Positions 63,836-64,000 of a stretch of DNA of 64,000 nt are shown here, one piece after another; the stretch's first letter is position 1; the number at the start of each line of letters is the position of its first letter. The notes beneath the pieces are model-generated. The model had not been told where the DNA came from. It worked only from the letters and a program-made list of their open reading frames with translations, and ran no database searches. The position numbers and the translations under genes are program-made. Where the stretch lies: assembly GCF_016432865.1 (NCBI RefSeq), contig NC_067398.1, forward strand, positions 6,262,001-6,326,000, given 5' to 3'. The DNA comes from Antechinus flavipes (lineage: Eukaryota).

Positions 63836-64000
63836 CTTTTCTTATCCTTTTGTACATTTCTATAAAGTGTCCATTAGAAGGATTTCACTATTTAAGAGGA
63901 AGGTCTGGAGTAGAACGCTGGAAGGAGCCCTTTGCTGCTCTGTCCAGCGTTTTCATCAGTGATTAGACAGAGACATTGAATGGCATGCTTAGGAAATCTG

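Noticed and set aside
35000-64000. A second protein-coding gene downstream of INHBA
   Set aside because: Only short ORFs without recognisable domains, mostly in repeats; consistent with the gene-poor region flanking INHBA in mammals.

Overview
Mammalian genomic DNA containing the complete inhibin beta-A / activin A gene (INHBA) on the + strand. The repeat content (a WSINE1-type and MAR1-type SINE, marsupial-type L1 3' ends, many MIR/L2/CR1 relics) points to a marsupial, probably a dasyurid such as the Tasmanian devil; this is inference. Gene model: TATA/CCAAT promoter at ~12.6-12.7 kb, non-coding exon ending at 12783, coding exon 15795-16188, a 12,496-bp GT-AG intron, terminal coding exon 28685-29577 (428-aa precursor; 116-aa mature activin A at 29227-29574), and a ~5.2-kb 3' UTR ending near an AATAAA at 34746. 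The flanks look non-coding, with old repeats and candidate enhancers. I found no other protein gene, tRNA, rRNA or CRISPR array. Ten N-gaps interrupt the assembly, one covering the acceptor of the first coding exon. Best leads: (1) an ~80-nt pre-miRNA-like hairpin in the 3' UTR; (2) a strongly defined 122-nt exon 11 kb downstream of the stop that is in frame with INHBA coding exon 1; (3) short-range copy-paste events of 58, 69 and ~165 bp, one inserted with microhomology into a 26-bp tandem repeat; (4) a promoter CRE-like element that reads as a C/EBP-ATF site (TGATGTAAT); (5) CRE/AP-1/ETS and NF-kB enhancer candidates. These are hypotheses from sequence alone. Comparisons with human, rat or chicken are from memory and need checking by alignment. 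I do not claim a proven new biological system.
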